A stretch of 63,992 nucleotides of DNA, filler included, from Candidatus Woesearchaeota archaeon (GTDB lineage: Archaea > Nanobdellota > Nanobdellia > Woesearchaeales > B72-G16): the NCBI GenBank assembly GCA_003650545.1. It is 4 parts of 4 records of this genome, joined end to end, with 100 filler letters (N's around TTAATTAATTAA, not from the genome) between each part and the next. Parts side by side here need not be neighbours in the genome. Positions count along the whole stretch, not along the records: positions 20,607 to 40,663 come from QMQO01000024.1; 3 more parts are not named here. One strand, written 5' to 3'. This document shows, one piece after another, positions 22,029-33,140 of this stretch. The notes beneath the pieces are model-generated. The model saw only the letters and a program-made list of their open reading frames with translations. It was not told the origin of the DNA and did no database searches. The number at the start of each line of letters is the position of its first letter. Position 1 is the stretch's first letter. Made by a program: the position numbers and the translations under genes.

Positions 22029-23392
22029 TTCACAGCATAGATTCTAATTGTTCCATATTTTGATGTATTGTAATATATCCAGGGGTACTTCTCTATAATA
22101 AAATCTTCGAATTCGACATATCTGTGATAGTTATCAACAAAGAGAAAATCCGGTTTAAATTCTTCTATCTGTTTCACGAATTCCTCCTGTGTATATGTGA
22201 AATTATTCACTTCCATAGCTCCAAAAAATTCACAGTAAGGTTCTGAGTTGCATAACACCCTCTTACCGTCTAAACCCCTTAAAAATTTGCTTGCATGCAA
22301 TAACGTTTCGGTCGCATATGATTTCTCTTTAATCATAAAATAATTGTTAAATGTTATAGAAACCATAATGGTAACTAAAACCAAATGTAAAAAAAACCTA
22401 TATCGTTTCATTAGTTTAGATAATTTTAGATACCCCTTACTCGCAATAATAAAAAATATTGGTAGAGCAGGAATCAAAAACCTGGTCTGCTTTTCCCGTA
22501 TCACACTGATACCAAGAAAAAATAAAATCAAAAATAGGTATAATATGTATTCAGTTCTTTTAACATCTAAAAATCTTTTTTTTATTTTAAGAAGTCCAAT
22601 TAAGAACAGAAAGATCGTAATTCCTGTAACTTCATAAATGTTAATAACATAATACCAGTTAGATGTCTGTGCAGTTTTAAGAACATGCAAATTTTCAAAT
22701 AACATCCCAAATGGGTGATTATAATTTATAATACCTAAAATAAAAATTGGGGATACAGTTAATAAAAATATAAAGAAACCAATTGCGTATTTTTTATTTA
22801 GAATTCTAAACCTTTCTTTTAATAATATATAGATCAAAAAACTCACGGGTAGAATAATTAAAGTGTATCTAGTCAAAACACCTAATGCAGAGAACAACAT
22901 AGAAGAATATAAGAGCGAATTTTTGTCTTTTTCAATCCACAAGTAAAATAAATATATACTTATCAAAACAAAAAACAAAGCTAATATATCAGTCAATATT
23001 TTCAGATTCCAATATAATATAAGTCCAGAAGACAACAAGAGGTTTGCGGCAACAAACCCGGCAATCTTATTTTTGTACAACTTTTTTGCGAAGAGATATA
23101 TTATAACAGAAGCACCTATACCTATAAGAACTAAAATGAAATGTACTATAACTGTGTTTTGGAAAATTGAAATAAAAAATGGCAAGAGTGGTGGTCTAAA
23201 CGCTTCACCAATCCCCATCCCATAAATCCCTAGTAAGATGTTCTTTCCAAGTGCTAGGTAAACAACCTCGTCCCAGAAATAATTGTTTTTGTTGATATCG
23301 AAAACAATTAGACGGAAAACACATAAGAATAACCAAACTAACAAAAAAAGCATGAACTCAAATCTTTGTACATTCTGTGTAGTTTCCTTCAT
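22019..23392 (-). CDS. GT-C (PMT/ArnT-like) glycosyltransferase; start uncertain
   Basis: WDEVVY, RPPLLP and RFLIP motifs with many TM helices. Confidence 0.8.
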   Translation of the reverse strand: MKETTQNVQRFEFMLFLLVWLFLCVFRLIVFDINKNNYFWDEVVYLALGKNILLGIYGMGIGEAFRPPLLPFFISIFQNTVIVHFILVLIGIGASVIIYLFAKKLYKNKIAGFVAANLLLSSGLILYWNLKILTDILALFFVLISIYLFYLWIEKDKNSLLYSSMLFSALGVLTRYTLIILPVSFLIYILLKERFRILNKKYAIGFFIFLLTVSPIFILGIINYNHPFGMLFENLHVLKTAQTSNWYYVINIYEVTGITIFLFLIGLLKIKKRFLDVKRTEYILYLFLILFFLGISVIREKQTRFLIPALPIFFIIASKGYLKLSKLMKRYRFFLHLVLVTIMVSITFNNYFMIKEKSYATETLLHASKFLRGLDGKRVLCNSEPYCEFFGAMEVNNFTYTQEEFVKQIEEFKPDFLFVDNYHRYVEFEDFIIEKYPWIYYNTSKYGTIRIYAVNQR

Positions 23393-24053
23393 AGTAATCA
23401 CACAACTTAGCAATTAGCTCAGCCTTATCAATAAAACCTTCTACCTTATCCTCTTCAATAACAAGAGAAGGGAACACACTAATATCATATTGTTTCTTCA
23501 ACAATCTTATTATTGGCTCTTTTTTCTCAAATTTAGAATCTAAAGCAAATATAAGAAGCTTCTCGTTAAATTTCTTTTTTAAATAAGTTAATACAACAGC
23601 TTGATCACCACATTTTGGACATTCTTTATCATCAGAATAAAAATATAAAACCCTAACAGTATCAACATCACAGATATCTTTTGCTTTTTTTGCAAGCATC
23701 CAATATCTAATTAGAGAAAGTGTATATTCCTTTTTCAATAACTCAAAATCTTCTCCTCGGATGGATTTATCATTATTATAATTTTCGAGTTTAATTCTTG
23801 TCTTATCAGAAGCTTTAACATTCTCATCCAGCAAACCAAAAACAACAGGGCACATATCCTTATCCTTCAAAGTTTCTAAATATGCAAATTGCAATTGAGA
23901 GCTTTCTAAATCAATACTTTCTTTCCTGTACATCTCAGATATATAGCTAACACGCTCCCCTTCTATGATCAACCCCAAGAGCAATCCAAACATGAATATA
24001 AAAAAAGTCAACAACCCTGCAATTACATACCTTTTTTTGTTAATCTTTCTCAT
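23358..24053 (-). CDS. Membrane-anchored thioredoxin-fold protein
   Basis: N-terminal TM helix, YFYS..CPKC and a cis-Pro-like FPSL. Confidence 0.65.
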   Translation of the reverse strand: MRKINKKRYVIAGLLTFFIFMFGLLLGLIIEGERVSYISEMYRKESIDLESSQLQFAYLETLKDKDMCPVVFGLLDENVKASDKTRIKLENYNNDKSIRGEDFELLKKEYTLSLIRYWMLAKKAKDICDVDTVRVLYFYSDDKECPKCGDQAVVLTYLKKKFNEKLLIFALDSKFEKKEPIIRLLKKQYDISVFPSLVIEEDKVEGFIDKAELIAKLCDYYEGNYTECTKI

Positions 24054-24067
24054 TCTCTACTCATTCT

Positions 24068-25321
24068 CTATTTCCATTGCATATCCTTTCTCAGCAAAAG
24101 CTCTTTAGTTATGCCGAGCCATATAAAACCCAACAATATATAATAAAATAAAATGAACACTGCTAGAGATAATGTGCCTTGCTTTCTGATATTCTCTTTT
24201 GCAAATTTATGCGAACTAATTATCACAATAGCCGCAATCACAAGCATCACAAAAACAATTACTAATTTATAATAATCAAAGTCTAACAAATGCATATTAG
24301 AAAACATCCCCTTGAAGAAAGCTGGTAGATCAAACCCTGTTAAGAGCATAGCCTTAATAAACTTAACAGAAGGTTTAAATACGCTATAATAAATTATCAT
24401 GCTGACAAGTGTTAGTGCAATAAACCCTGCGCTAATAACAATAGGCATTTGGAAAATCCCGAAGTCCCCATATTCCTTATTAAATATTATTTTTCTATAA
24501 TCCCAGCTATTCAGAACGCTACCTTTATTCCATCTGACTCTCTGATGGTATAAACTTTTTAGATTTTCAGGTGGAGTAGTGTATACAACAGTGTTAGTCA
24601 GTTGGACTATTTTATAGTGGTTTCTCTGTAGCCGAAGAGCCATCTCAAGATCTTCTGTTCTGTGAGCTTTCTTAAAGCCACCCAATTTTCTTATTATAGA
24701 TGTTCGATACATACTAAACGGTCCTGGTGCAACATGGATACAATTTAAGAAACCCATGATCCTTTTGTAGAACATGTTTATTATATATTCGTACCATTGA
24801 ATTTTCTGAAGTAAATTTTTTGGGTTTTTTATTTTCATCAACGGCAAAACAGCTCCAACCTTCTTATTTGCAAAATAAGGCAACATTTTTTTCAAGCCGG
24901 CTTTCTCAATAAAAGAATCAGCATCCAAACAAATAAAAAACTCTCCCCTAGCAATCTCCAAACCGCGGTTCAATGCAATATATTTTCCAGAATTTTTTTG
25001 ATTTATAAGCTTGATATCTCTATCCTTATTGTTTTCCATTATGCTTCGAACTATTTGTTTTGTTTTGTCTGTGCTGCCATCATTAACAACAATAATTTCC
25101 AGTTTGTCTTTAGGATACTCTAACTCTAACAGAGAATTTATTGTTTCCTTAATTGTTTTTTCTTCATTATAAGCAGGTACAACTACGCTAACGTTGGGTT
25201 TTTTCTTCAGTTTAGCCTTTTTATAATCCTTAACATCAAAAATAGTTATAAGCCAGAATATAGTATAAAATAAAGTAATTATATAAAGCAATGTTAGTAC
25301 ATAATCAACAAACCCAAGCAT
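24068..25321 (-). CDS. Processive-type GT2 membrane glycosyltransferase
   Basis: PAYNEE, NDGSTD, DADS, TED and QRVRW motifs. Confidence 0.9.
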   Translation of the reverse strand: MLGFVDYVLTLLYIITLFYTIFWLITIFDVKDYKKAKLKKKPNVSVVVPAYNEEKTIKETINSLLELEYPKDKLEIIVVNDGSTDKTKQIVRSIMENNKDRDIKLINQKNSGKYIALNRGLEIARGEFFICLDADSFIEKAGLKKMLPYFANKKVGAVLPLMKIKNPKNLLQKIQWYEYIINMFYKRIMGFLNCIHVAPGPFSMYRTSIIRKLGGFKKAHRTEDLEMALRLQRNHYKIVQLTNTVVYTTPPENLKSLYHQRVRWNKGSVLNSWDYRKIIFNKEYGDFGIFQMPIVISAGFIALTLVSMIIYYSVFKPSVKFIKAMLLTGFDLPAFFKGMFSNMHLLDFDYYKLVIVFVMLVIAAIVIISSHKFAKENIRKQGTLSLAVFILFYYILLGFIWLGITKELLLRKDMQWK

Positions 25322-25364
25322 TCTTTTCCTCCTTAGATAAGCCCTTTTCTGAAGTTTATAAAAC

Positions 25365-26765
25365 TTACCAAACTACCTCCCACACAGTCAAGTCTTCAGA
25401 CACAAACAAAAGGTTAAAAGCTCCACTTTTTAACACTTCTATAAAGCCTGTCTCTTTTGCTTTTATTTTCATTTCAGAGTCTAACAAAATATACTTTATA
25501 TTATATTTTTCCAGTTCAACCAGTGCTTTTTCAGTTGTAGAACTACTTAACACATTATCAATAAAAATAATTCTTTTTTCAACTTCGCTATAATCAAATC
25601 TTGAGTCCATAATAGCTATATTTCCCGTATACTCTATATAACTTCCATATTTATAACTGCTGAACACAACACCCTTATCTCTTTTCTGCAAAAAGTCCAT
25701 AACACCAACAATACCTCTACTAGGGATATTAGAGATTCTGTGACTGTAAGATATAGAAGAAAATAAAAGTCCACATACGATTATGATTAGAGTAAGTTTT
25801 TTTAAAAAATCAAGGCTCCATTTACTTTTAATAATGACTATTATTGCATGAGCAACTAGATAGGCAATTAAAAAGTTCAGATAAAACATAAATTCGTGTG
25901 TGAAAAATAAGGATATACACAGAAGAAGCACTAAGAAAAGAGAATAATAAAAGTTTTTATTGTTTGACCATATTTGGATAAAACCAACAACAGCAAGGAT
26001 AGCTGCGAAGATGCCAAATCCGATAATTCCTCCCAGATCAGTAAACATTCTTTGTAAAATCCCAATTTGAGCAAACTCCGGTGTCTTATTAAAGAAGATT
26101 TTGCCAAACGGCACCAAATACCCAAAGACAAACACAACAACTAAGATCAAATATGTCAGAAATGGCTTAAACAGCTTTTTATCATAAATAACAAGTCCTA
26201 ACAACATTGCAACAGAAATCGCTATACTACTTAAACCAAAAAAACAAATGCCCAGAAATATCAACAAACCAACAACATGCAACATTCTTCTATTTTTCAA
26301 AAATAAAAGCAAAAGTGCAAGATTTAAGACCACAAGTAATGCGAATTTACTAGAAACAAGAAAATTATACATAAATATCGGTGAAAATACTAAGATGCCT
26401 GCAGTCAGTAAACTTTTAGTTATGTCTAATTTCTTGCGTATTAAAAAATAAAAAAGAAGTAAAGAGACCAAACCAAGAATAAAAGGAAGAAATTTACTCA
26501 GAGAGTGCATGTCGAACAATAGCGATCCTCCATAAAGAAGCAAATTATACGGATTCAGAATAACATTTCTACCACCGTAAATAAGGTTATCAATGGTTAC
26601 CAGATCTTTACTTATTCTAGAATTAAAATAAGATTCTTCCCCAATCGGGTATCCTTTATGCTTTACCTCTCTACTTAATAATGGTATACTCAAAACAGCT
26701 GTAGCTACAACTATCAGAACAATGACTGCTTGAATATCAGTAAATACTATTCTTTTCTTTTTCAA
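25365..26765 (-). CDS. Polytopic membrane protein, GT-C-like
   Basis: Many TM helices and an STT3-like soluble C-terminus (YGSYI, LEKYNIKYI). Confidence 0.5.
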   Translation of the reverse strand: MKKKRIVFTDIQAVIVLIVVATAVLSIPLLSREVKHKGYPIGEESYFNSRISKDLVTIDNLIYGGRNVILNPYNLLLYGGSLLFDMHSLSKFLPFILGLVSLLLFYFLIRKKLDITKSLLTAGILVFSPIFMYNFLVSSKFALLVVLNLALLLLFLKNRRMLHVVGLLIFLGICFFGLSSIAISVAMLLGLVIYDKKLFKPFLTYLILVVVFVFGYLVPFGKIFFNKTPEFAQIGILQRMFTDLGGIIGFGIFAAILAVVGFIQIWSNNKNFYYSLFLVLLLCISLFFTHEFMFYLNFLIAYLVAHAIIVIIKSKWSLDFLKKLTLIIIVCGLLFSSISYSHRISNIPSRGIVGVMDFLQKRDKGVVFSSYKYGSYIEYTGNIAIMDSRFDYSEVEKRIIFIDNVLSSSTTEKALVELEKYNIKYILLDSEMKIKAKETGFIEVLKSGAFNLLFVSEDLTVWEVVW

Positions 26766-28297
26766 GAGATCACCATTTTTCTTTTACACTTTTCAACATC
26801 ATATATCTGAACATTTCCTGAGTATAGTAACTCAACACAAGGTTCATCCGCATATTTGAGTTCTTTTATTCCATAGTTTTTTTTAGCTTGCTCAGAAAAG
26901 TAGATATACTGCACACCGTATTTTTCAGTTAACTCAATCGCTCTATTTATAAATGGTGTTGTGTAAATAGTCGCTATGTCTTCATAGACGGTGTCAACAT
27001 CTTTAACCAATAAAAAATTGGTGTCTAGTATGCTTTTGTCGTTAGCGAAGTAACTTATTAAATGACTTTCTTCTATGGTAGACAGCGTTACACTTGGTTC
27101 TTCCGACAACTTTTTTAACACTTTTAAGGCTTCAACATCTGAATTAGTTATCACCTTTTTATTTTCAACAATTGCTAATCCAACAGACGGAAAAACAGAC
27201 GTTAGAATAACAAGCAACAACATTCCCGATATTAACAGCCATTTAATTTTAGAAACTTTACTTTTATCTAAGGAAACCATTAGATCTTTCGTATATTGAC
27301 TAAACAGAATTACCATAACAACCCCAAGGATCATCATTCCAAGATTTAGCTCAATCCATCGTAACCATAATAACAGGAAGATCGCAATACCCATCCCAAT
27401 AAAGATATAAAGAGCTCTCTTCTTTTCTTTAAACGTATATCTATACATGACATACAAACCCAAAATAAAAGGTATAAATCCAACAAAAACAATCAAGGTT
27501 AAAATGTTGACTTGTGCAAAATAATTTTGCAATAATAACTTCGGAATGTTTTTATATATAATCCTACTACCATGAACTAACAAAGCGTTCTTAAAAACAA
27601 GCTCATAAAACCAAATTACCAACAAAATCGAAAATATGAACACTTCCAATTCGCTATCTGCCTGTGCTAATCTTTCTTGTTTAATAAACATTAAATAAAA
27701 TAACAAACCAATTATTAAATAGAATATAGAGGGGTGAACAACCATCAAAACAATCATAGTTATAATAGTATGGATAGAATACTTTTTATCTTTATTAATC
27801 AACATAAGAAAATACAGGGAAAGAAACATTAAGGGTAGAGCGAGTGTATAAACCGAGATGCTATTGATAGTTTTTGAGAATAACACAGGAATAAAGCCAA
27901 CAACAAAGGCAGCTATAAGGCCAACTTTTCTATTTTTTGTTAGTTCCACAACAATAAAAAATATTATAACAGATAGCAAGGTTGCAAACAAATTTGGCAT
28001 TATTTTACAGGCTATACTTACCGGCATAAACAAACTAAAAAAAGCTAAAATATAGTGAAACCCTGGCGTAAAAAAATAAGTTCTTTCATGATAGCTTAGA
28101 TCATCTTTATACAATGGCAAACCATTACTTCTTATATGTTCAATCTGTCTTAGATTAAAGTACGCTTCATTTGAGAAATACTCTGTTGAGAAGGCTAGAT
28201 ATAATCTAATACCGAATACGATAACACAAATCATAGCAAGCACTATTAGGTATTCTCTAGCACTAAACTTAATTTTCTTTACTTTCTTTTTTCTCAT
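26762..28297 (-). CDS. Polytopic membrane protein, GT-C-like
   Basis: EAYFNLRQI, PGFHY and a C-terminal KYGVQYI domain; resembles its neighbour. Confidence 0.55.
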   Translation of the reverse strand: MRKKKVKKIKFSAREYLIVLAMICVIVFGIRLYLAFSTEYFSNEAYFNLRQIEHIRSNGLPLYKDDLSYHERTYFFTPGFHYILAFFSLFMPVSIACKIMPNLFATLLSVIIFFIVVELTKNRKVGLIAAFVVGFIPVLFSKTINSISVYTLALPLMFLSLYFLMLINKDKKYSIHTIITMIVLMVVHPSIFYLIIGLLFYLMFIKQERLAQADSELEVFIFSILLVIWFYELVFKNALLVHGSRIIYKNIPKLLLQNYFAQVNILTLIVFVGFIPFILGLYVMYRYTFKEKKRALYIFIGMGIAIFLLLWLRWIELNLGMMILGVVMVILFSQYTKDLMVSLDKSKVSKIKWLLISGMLLLVILTSVFPSVGLAIVENKKVITNSDVEALKVLKKLSEEPSVTLSTIEESHLISYFANDKSILDTNFLLVKDVDTVYEDIATIYTTPFINRAIELTEKYGVQYIYFSEQAKKNYGIKELKYADEPCVELLYSGNVQIYDVEKCKRKMVIS

Positions 28298-28339
28298 CTG
28301 TCTATCAAGAATAGTTCTGCTATAAAATCTTTTTGTTTC

Positions 28340-30079
28340 TTACTCTTTCAACAATACTTTAACAATTCTAGCAAATGCGGGTCTTGTTATAAGAACTCCA
28401 AATGAAACCCCTACAATAGTAGTAAAAGCAAACCCTTTCAATAAGCCTGCACCAGCCCAGAACAAAGGAAATATCCCTGCTATTGTTGTCAAGTAAGCTC
28501 CAATGATAATAAAGAATGCTTTCTTAATACGAGTTTTCCAGCTTTCAAACCTTTTCTTACCTGTTAACACTTCATCTGCAATAACAATTTGATCATCAAC
28601 CCCAGTTCCCGTTGCAATAATAATACCAGCCAAAGCAACAAGATCAAGCTCCCAGCCAAAGAATGCGGCAAAGCCCAATATCAGGAATACTTCTATTAAC
28701 ATAGTAATCATAACAGGAATTGAAATAGCCAATTTCCTAAATCTGATAAAAATAATAGCTGCAACCCCTAGTATTGAAAGTAACCCAACCAATATTGTGT
28801 TATTCAATGCTTCTTTACCAAGAATTGGCGAGAACGCGTCACTCTGCACAATATTCATCTTTACAGGTATCGACCCCGTCAATAAGATAGCTTGTAGATT
28901 CTGAATTTCATCTCTACTATTTATTCTTGCTTCATCTTCGTCTTTGCCAATAGCACTTCCAGTAATCCTAACGGTGGTTTCAGGCTTACCCTTTAGGTCT
29001 GCCGAAATACTCAACGATTGTTCATATTGATCGTCTAAGAAAAAGTCAATCTTTTCCGATAATACCGGATTAGTTGGATCTTCTGAAGGAATGACTTCGA
29101 GCTTCTCAGTAATCTCTGCAAAACGTTGTGCAGATTCTGGACTTATAGTAACTTGGAAAAAATAATTGCAGAAAATCTGGTTGCCACTCCTTGAGCAAGA
29201 CTCTATTCTAGAACATTGTGAAGAAGTACAAACATTTTTAATATCTTTACCACCAACAAAAACTGTCTGATTAGCAATCTTGGCTTCAAACTTTCCTTGC
29301 TGAGATAGCAAATTAACAACCTGTTTTTCATTAAAGCCAGTTACTTCAACAGATATAAACTGATCACCTTTAATATTTGTAACCTTTCTTATATTGATGT
29401 TCGCCAAGCCAAGATGGTTAAGTCTATTTTCCATTATCTTTATGATCAGGCTCATATTCTTGTCGTCTAGTTCAACTTCTGGTTGCAACAATACGCGTAC
29501 ACCACCTGCAAGATCGATCCCTTTGCGTAGATTAGAGCCCGGTGCCTTAACAACTCTAATACCCAGATTTTGTATACCGAGAACTGTTTTAATAGTTTCA
29601 GCTTCTCTTACTTCTTCAGTTATATTCTCAAGAGCAACAACTTTGCTACCATTAATTATTTGAGTTACATTTTTTTCTGTAGTTATATTTTTAATTACAT
29701 ACTCTCCTGTTCTCTTCTCATCAACAACTGATTCCAGTAGAACAGTATATAACTTCTTGTTTGTAGTAATTACAACCACTTTTTCTGAAAGTTGATTTTC
29801 AACAACACTTTTATTTATTGCTTTTATCGCTGCAAAGTAGTCTGCCTCATCTGCAATAAAATAGTTATCTATCCTTTTTATGACCTCTAAACTTCTAGGA
29901 TTCGCACCACCAGGTGGTTTCTGTATACCTGCGATATCCGCTGCACTACCTTTTTCTACGAACGTTATTGCAACACCTTCTGTCTTAATAGTTGGAGAAA
30001 TCGCCAATAAAGCTAGAGCTATAAATATCAACATTAAAATCACACGCCCATTAGTAAAAATTTTCTTAGCTCTGCCCAT
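28340..30079 (-). CDS. secD: Protein translocase subunit SecD
   Basis: GIDLAGG, GTGVDDQIVI and LKGFAFTT. Confidence 0.93.
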   Translation of the reverse strand: MGRAKKIFTNGRVILMLIFIALALLAISPTIKTEGVAITFVEKGSAADIAGIQKPPGGANPRSLEVIKRIDNYFIADEADYFAAIKAINKSVVENQLSEKVVVITTNKKLYTVLLESVVDEKRTGEYVIKNITTEKNVTQIINGSKVVALENITEEVREAETIKTVLGIQNLGIRVVKAPGSNLRKGIDLAGGVRVLLQPEVELDDKNMSLIIKIMENRLNHLGLANINIRKVTNIKGDQFISVEVTGFNEKQVVNLLSQQGKFEAKIANQTVFVGGKDIKNVCTSSQCSRIESCSRSGNQIFCNYFFQVTISPESAQRFAEITEKLEVIPSEDPTNPVLSEKIDFFLDDQYEQSLSISADLKGKPETTVRITGSAIGKDEDEARINSRDEIQNLQAILLTGSIPVKMNIVQSDAFSPILGKEALNNTILVGLLSILGVAAIIFIRFRKLAISIPVMITMLIEVFLILGFAAFFGWELDLVALAGIIIATGTGVDDQIVIADEVLTGKKRFESWKTRIKKAFFIIIGAYLTTIAGIFPLFWAGAGLLKGFAFTTIVGVSFGVLITRPAFARIVKVLLKE

Positions 30080-31205
30080 GTTTAAACTTCCTCTCAGCAA
30101 ACCATCTTAGTATACCTGCGTTCTGTATCCAGGTATTCATCAAATCAACAATAAGGCCGATCAGCAAGATTGTCATTATCTGTTTGATTGGCGGTGCTGT
30201 TGACACAAAAAAAGCAATAGATACAGCTGCAAGCGTAGTGAATGTCATCGTAAGTCCAGTTTTCATCGCACTCTTAATCCTACTTTTCACATTGCTTTCT
30301 TTAGTCTTTAACACACGAGTGCTTAACAAAATATCTGTATCTATAGAATAACCTATTAGCATAAGAAATGCAGCAATTCCCGCTATCGAGATTCTAATAC
30401 CGAGGATGTTTACGATGGCTAAGGTTATAACAATATCTGAGAAAGCCGCAAGTATAACTGCAATGCTTGGAACAAAATTCCGAAAATAACCAAACACTAC
30501 AACACCCATCAATACAAAAGCGATAACCATTGCTATTACAACTTCCTTGAAAAATCCTTCACCAAGCGTAGAACCCATACTCCTTATATCGTAATCATCT
30601 TGGGTCAGCTCTACTGGCGATACCTCGAGTAAGCCAGCTTCAAAACTATCTCTATCCTCTCTTTTATTTATGTCAATGTCCACATCTATTATAACCCCTG
30701 CTTGCTTGCCTGCTTTGTTTAGTTTTTTAACAACTATTGATTTGTCTGGAAATTTAGCTTGCAATGATTCTTGTAGCTGACCAGGCTCAATAACCTTGTA
30801 CACAGTTATTGTCGAGCCACCTTTCAGACTCGCATCTCTGTATATAAAGTCGCCAGTGGTTGCAGACTGAACACAAATCTGAACAATTGCAAGAATTAGT
30901 ATAATAAAAGGAATTAACAGGAGCCATTGATATAGTTTCTTAGGTTTCTTTTCTTTAATTGGTTTTTCTCTTTTTACTTTTTCTTTTTCCTCCCGTTTTT
31001 TAAAGAAAAACTTTTTCTTTTTTTTCTTCTCTTTGATAATTTCTACTTTTGGTTCTTTTTTCTCAAATAATTCTTCATTTTCAGCAACATTTTCTTTCTT
31101 AGGCGTCTCTTTTCGTTCCTCTTCCTCAGTTTTAGAACTATCAACATTTTCTATATTTTCTAGTTTTTCTTGATGTTTCATCCCTCTCTCAGGAATCAGA
31201 TTCAA
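30066..31205 (-). CDS. secF: Protein translocase subunit SecF (charged N-terminal extension)
   Basis: LKGGS, LIGYSIDTDILL and NTWIQNAGIL. Confidence 0.93.
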   Translation of the reverse strand: MNLIPERGMKHQEKLENIENVDSSKTEEEERKETPKKENVAENEELFEKKEPKVEIIKEKKKKKKFFFKKREEKEKVKREKPIKEKKPKKLYQWLLLIPFIILILAIVQICVQSATTGDFIYRDASLKGGSTITVYKVIEPGQLQESLQAKFPDKSIVVKKLNKAGKQAGVIIDVDIDINKREDRDSFEAGLLEVSPVELTQDDYDIRSMGSTLGEGFFKEVVIAMVIAFVLMGVVVFGYFRNFVPSIAVILAAFSDIVITLAIVNILGIRISIAGIAAFLMLIGYSIDTDILLSTRVLKTKESNVKSRIKSAMKTGLTMTFTTLAAVSIAFFVSTAPPIKQIMTILLIGLIVDLMNTWIQNAGILRWFAERKFKHGQS

Positions 31206-31234
31206 TTTATAAAGGTTTGGTTACTTTGGTTTGG

Positions 31235-32947
31235 TTACTTTTTTTTCTGATCTAAAGCAGCTTTGACCAGTCCAAGAAATAAAGGCTGTGGTCTTAATGG
31301 TCTTGATGTAAAGCATGGATGCGCCTGTGTTGCTATAAAGTATCGGTGTTTTTTAATCTCTAATATCTGCATGATTGGCTGATTTGGTGCTTTCCCACTA
31401 AAAATCATGCCAGATCTTTCTAACAATTCAATATATTCTGGATTTACCTCGAACCGATGCCTAAACCTCATTCTAACTTTTGTGCTTTTAAATAATTCAT
31501 AAGCAAGCGTACCTTTTTTAACTTCTATATTATGCCCACCAAGCTTCATATTTCCGCCTAACCCTTCGATCTCTTTTTGTTCTGGAAGAATATCTATTAC
31601 AGGATGCTTTGTGTTATCATCAATCTCTGTTGAGTTTGCGTTTTTTAGGCCGCAAACATTTCTAGCAAACTCAATTACAGCCATCTGAAATCCATAACAA
31701 ATACCCAAGAAAGGTATGTTATTATCTCGTATAAATTTAATACACGAAATCTTACCTTCTGCACCTCTTTTACCAAATCCTCCGGGCACAATTACACCGT
31801 CAACATCTGCAAGAGCATCTATTATATTCAATTTTCCATCTTCAATTTCAGTAGTTTCGATCCATTTTATGTTAACCTTAGTTTTGTAGTAAGTTCCTGC
31901 ATGCTCTAGAGCTTTGATGATGCTAGCATAAGAGTCCCTTAAACCAGTATATTTTCCTGTTATGCCTATAGTTATGGTGTTGTCTTTATTTTTCATACGT
32001 TGCACATAATTTTTCCATTGTTTTATCGCTTTTGTATTCTTTTTAATCTTTTTTTCTAAGCCAAGGATTTTTATAATCTCTTTATCAATTCCTGCCTTTT
32101 GCACTAAGCCAGGAATGTTATAGATACTATCAACATCATGCACACTGACAACACGTTCGAAGGGGATGTTTGCGTAAATACTTATTTTCTCCCTCACCTT
32201 TTTTGTTACAGGATTATTTGAGCGGCAAGCTATTATATCGGGTTGAATACCAAGTGACATTAGAGATCTTATTCCTAACTGAGCAGCTTTGCTCTTTTGT
32301 TCCCCAAGAAATCCTGGCTCTAATACGTACGTCAGCGTGACAAAGCTAACATTTTCCTTACCTTCTTCATAGGCTAGCTGTCTCATCGCCTCAATAAAAT
32401 AGGCGTTTTCTATATCCCCAACCGTACCACCGACTTCGATGAAAATAACATCCGCTTTAGAATCTATCGCAAGTTCCCTTAGGAATAATTTAATCTCACC
32501 AGTTACATGCGGGATAAATTGTACATCTCTACCAAGATATTTTCCTCCACGTTCTCTATAAAGAATTCTCTTAAAGATCTTTCCACCAGTTAGATAATTT
32601 TTCTCACACAGATTTTTATCCAGAAAGCGCTCATAGGTTCCTAAATCCATGTCGCACTCGAGGCCGTCATCTAGAACAAAAACTTCTCCATGTCTATATG
32701 GGTTAAGGGTTCCAGCATCAACATTAAGATAACCATCAAACTTTATTGGAGTACAATTAAGTCCATAATCCTGCAATACTTTTGCTAATGACGAAGAAAA
32801 AATACCTTTGCCAAGACCAGACATCACAGTTCCAGTAATAACAACATATTTAGTTCTACCAATCTTATAGCCTTGCGGGAAAGGTGTATAGAATTCGTGT
32901 TCTTCTGTCTTACTTCCAACCGACTTAATTAACTTTTCACCTTTCAC
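31235..32947 (-). CDS. pyrG: CTP synthase
   Basis: SGLGKG, YLNVDAGT, GGTVGDIE, PGGFG, GICYG and RHR. Confidence 0.98.
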   Translation of the reverse strand: MKGEKLIKSVGSKTEEHEFYTPFPQGYKIGRTKYVVITGTVMSGLGKGIFSSSLAKVLQDYGLNCTPIKFDGYLNVDAGTLNPYRHGEVFVLDDGLECDMDLGTYERFLDKNLCEKNYLTGGKIFKRILYRERGGKYLGRDVQFIPHVTGEIKLFLRELAIDSKADVIFIEVGGTVGDIENAYFIEAMRQLAYEEGKENVSFVTLTYVLEPGFLGEQKSKAAQLGIRSLMSLGIQPDIIACRSNNPVTKKVREKISIYANIPFERVVSVHDVDSIYNIPGLVQKAGIDKEIIKILGLEKKIKKNTKAIKQWKNYVQRMKNKDNTITIGITGKYTGLRDSYASIIKALEHAGTYYKTKVNIKWIETTEIEDGKLNIIDALADVDGVIVPGGFGKRGAEGKISCIKFIRDNNIPFLGICYGFQMAVIEFARNVCGLKNANSTEIDDNTKHPVIDILPEQKEIEGLGGNMKLGGHNIEVKKGTLAYELFKSTKVRMRFRHRFEVNPEYIELLERSGMIFSGKAPNQPIMQILEIKKHRYFIATQAHPCFTSRPLRPQPLFLGLVKAALDQKKK

Positions 32948-33140
32948 GGCAATCCCCTTTTATTTTTAAATTCTTTAAAGTATATTTAAAAATTATCGTT
33001 CTTTAATATATGCAATACATCAACTTAAAAAAAAATTTAACTAAAAATTTAACCATACTTCATAGAATGTTATATTTTTCTGACTTCGCTCACAAAAAAT
33101 AATTAATGAATTCTCTGAATAACTCATCTATTAATATACT

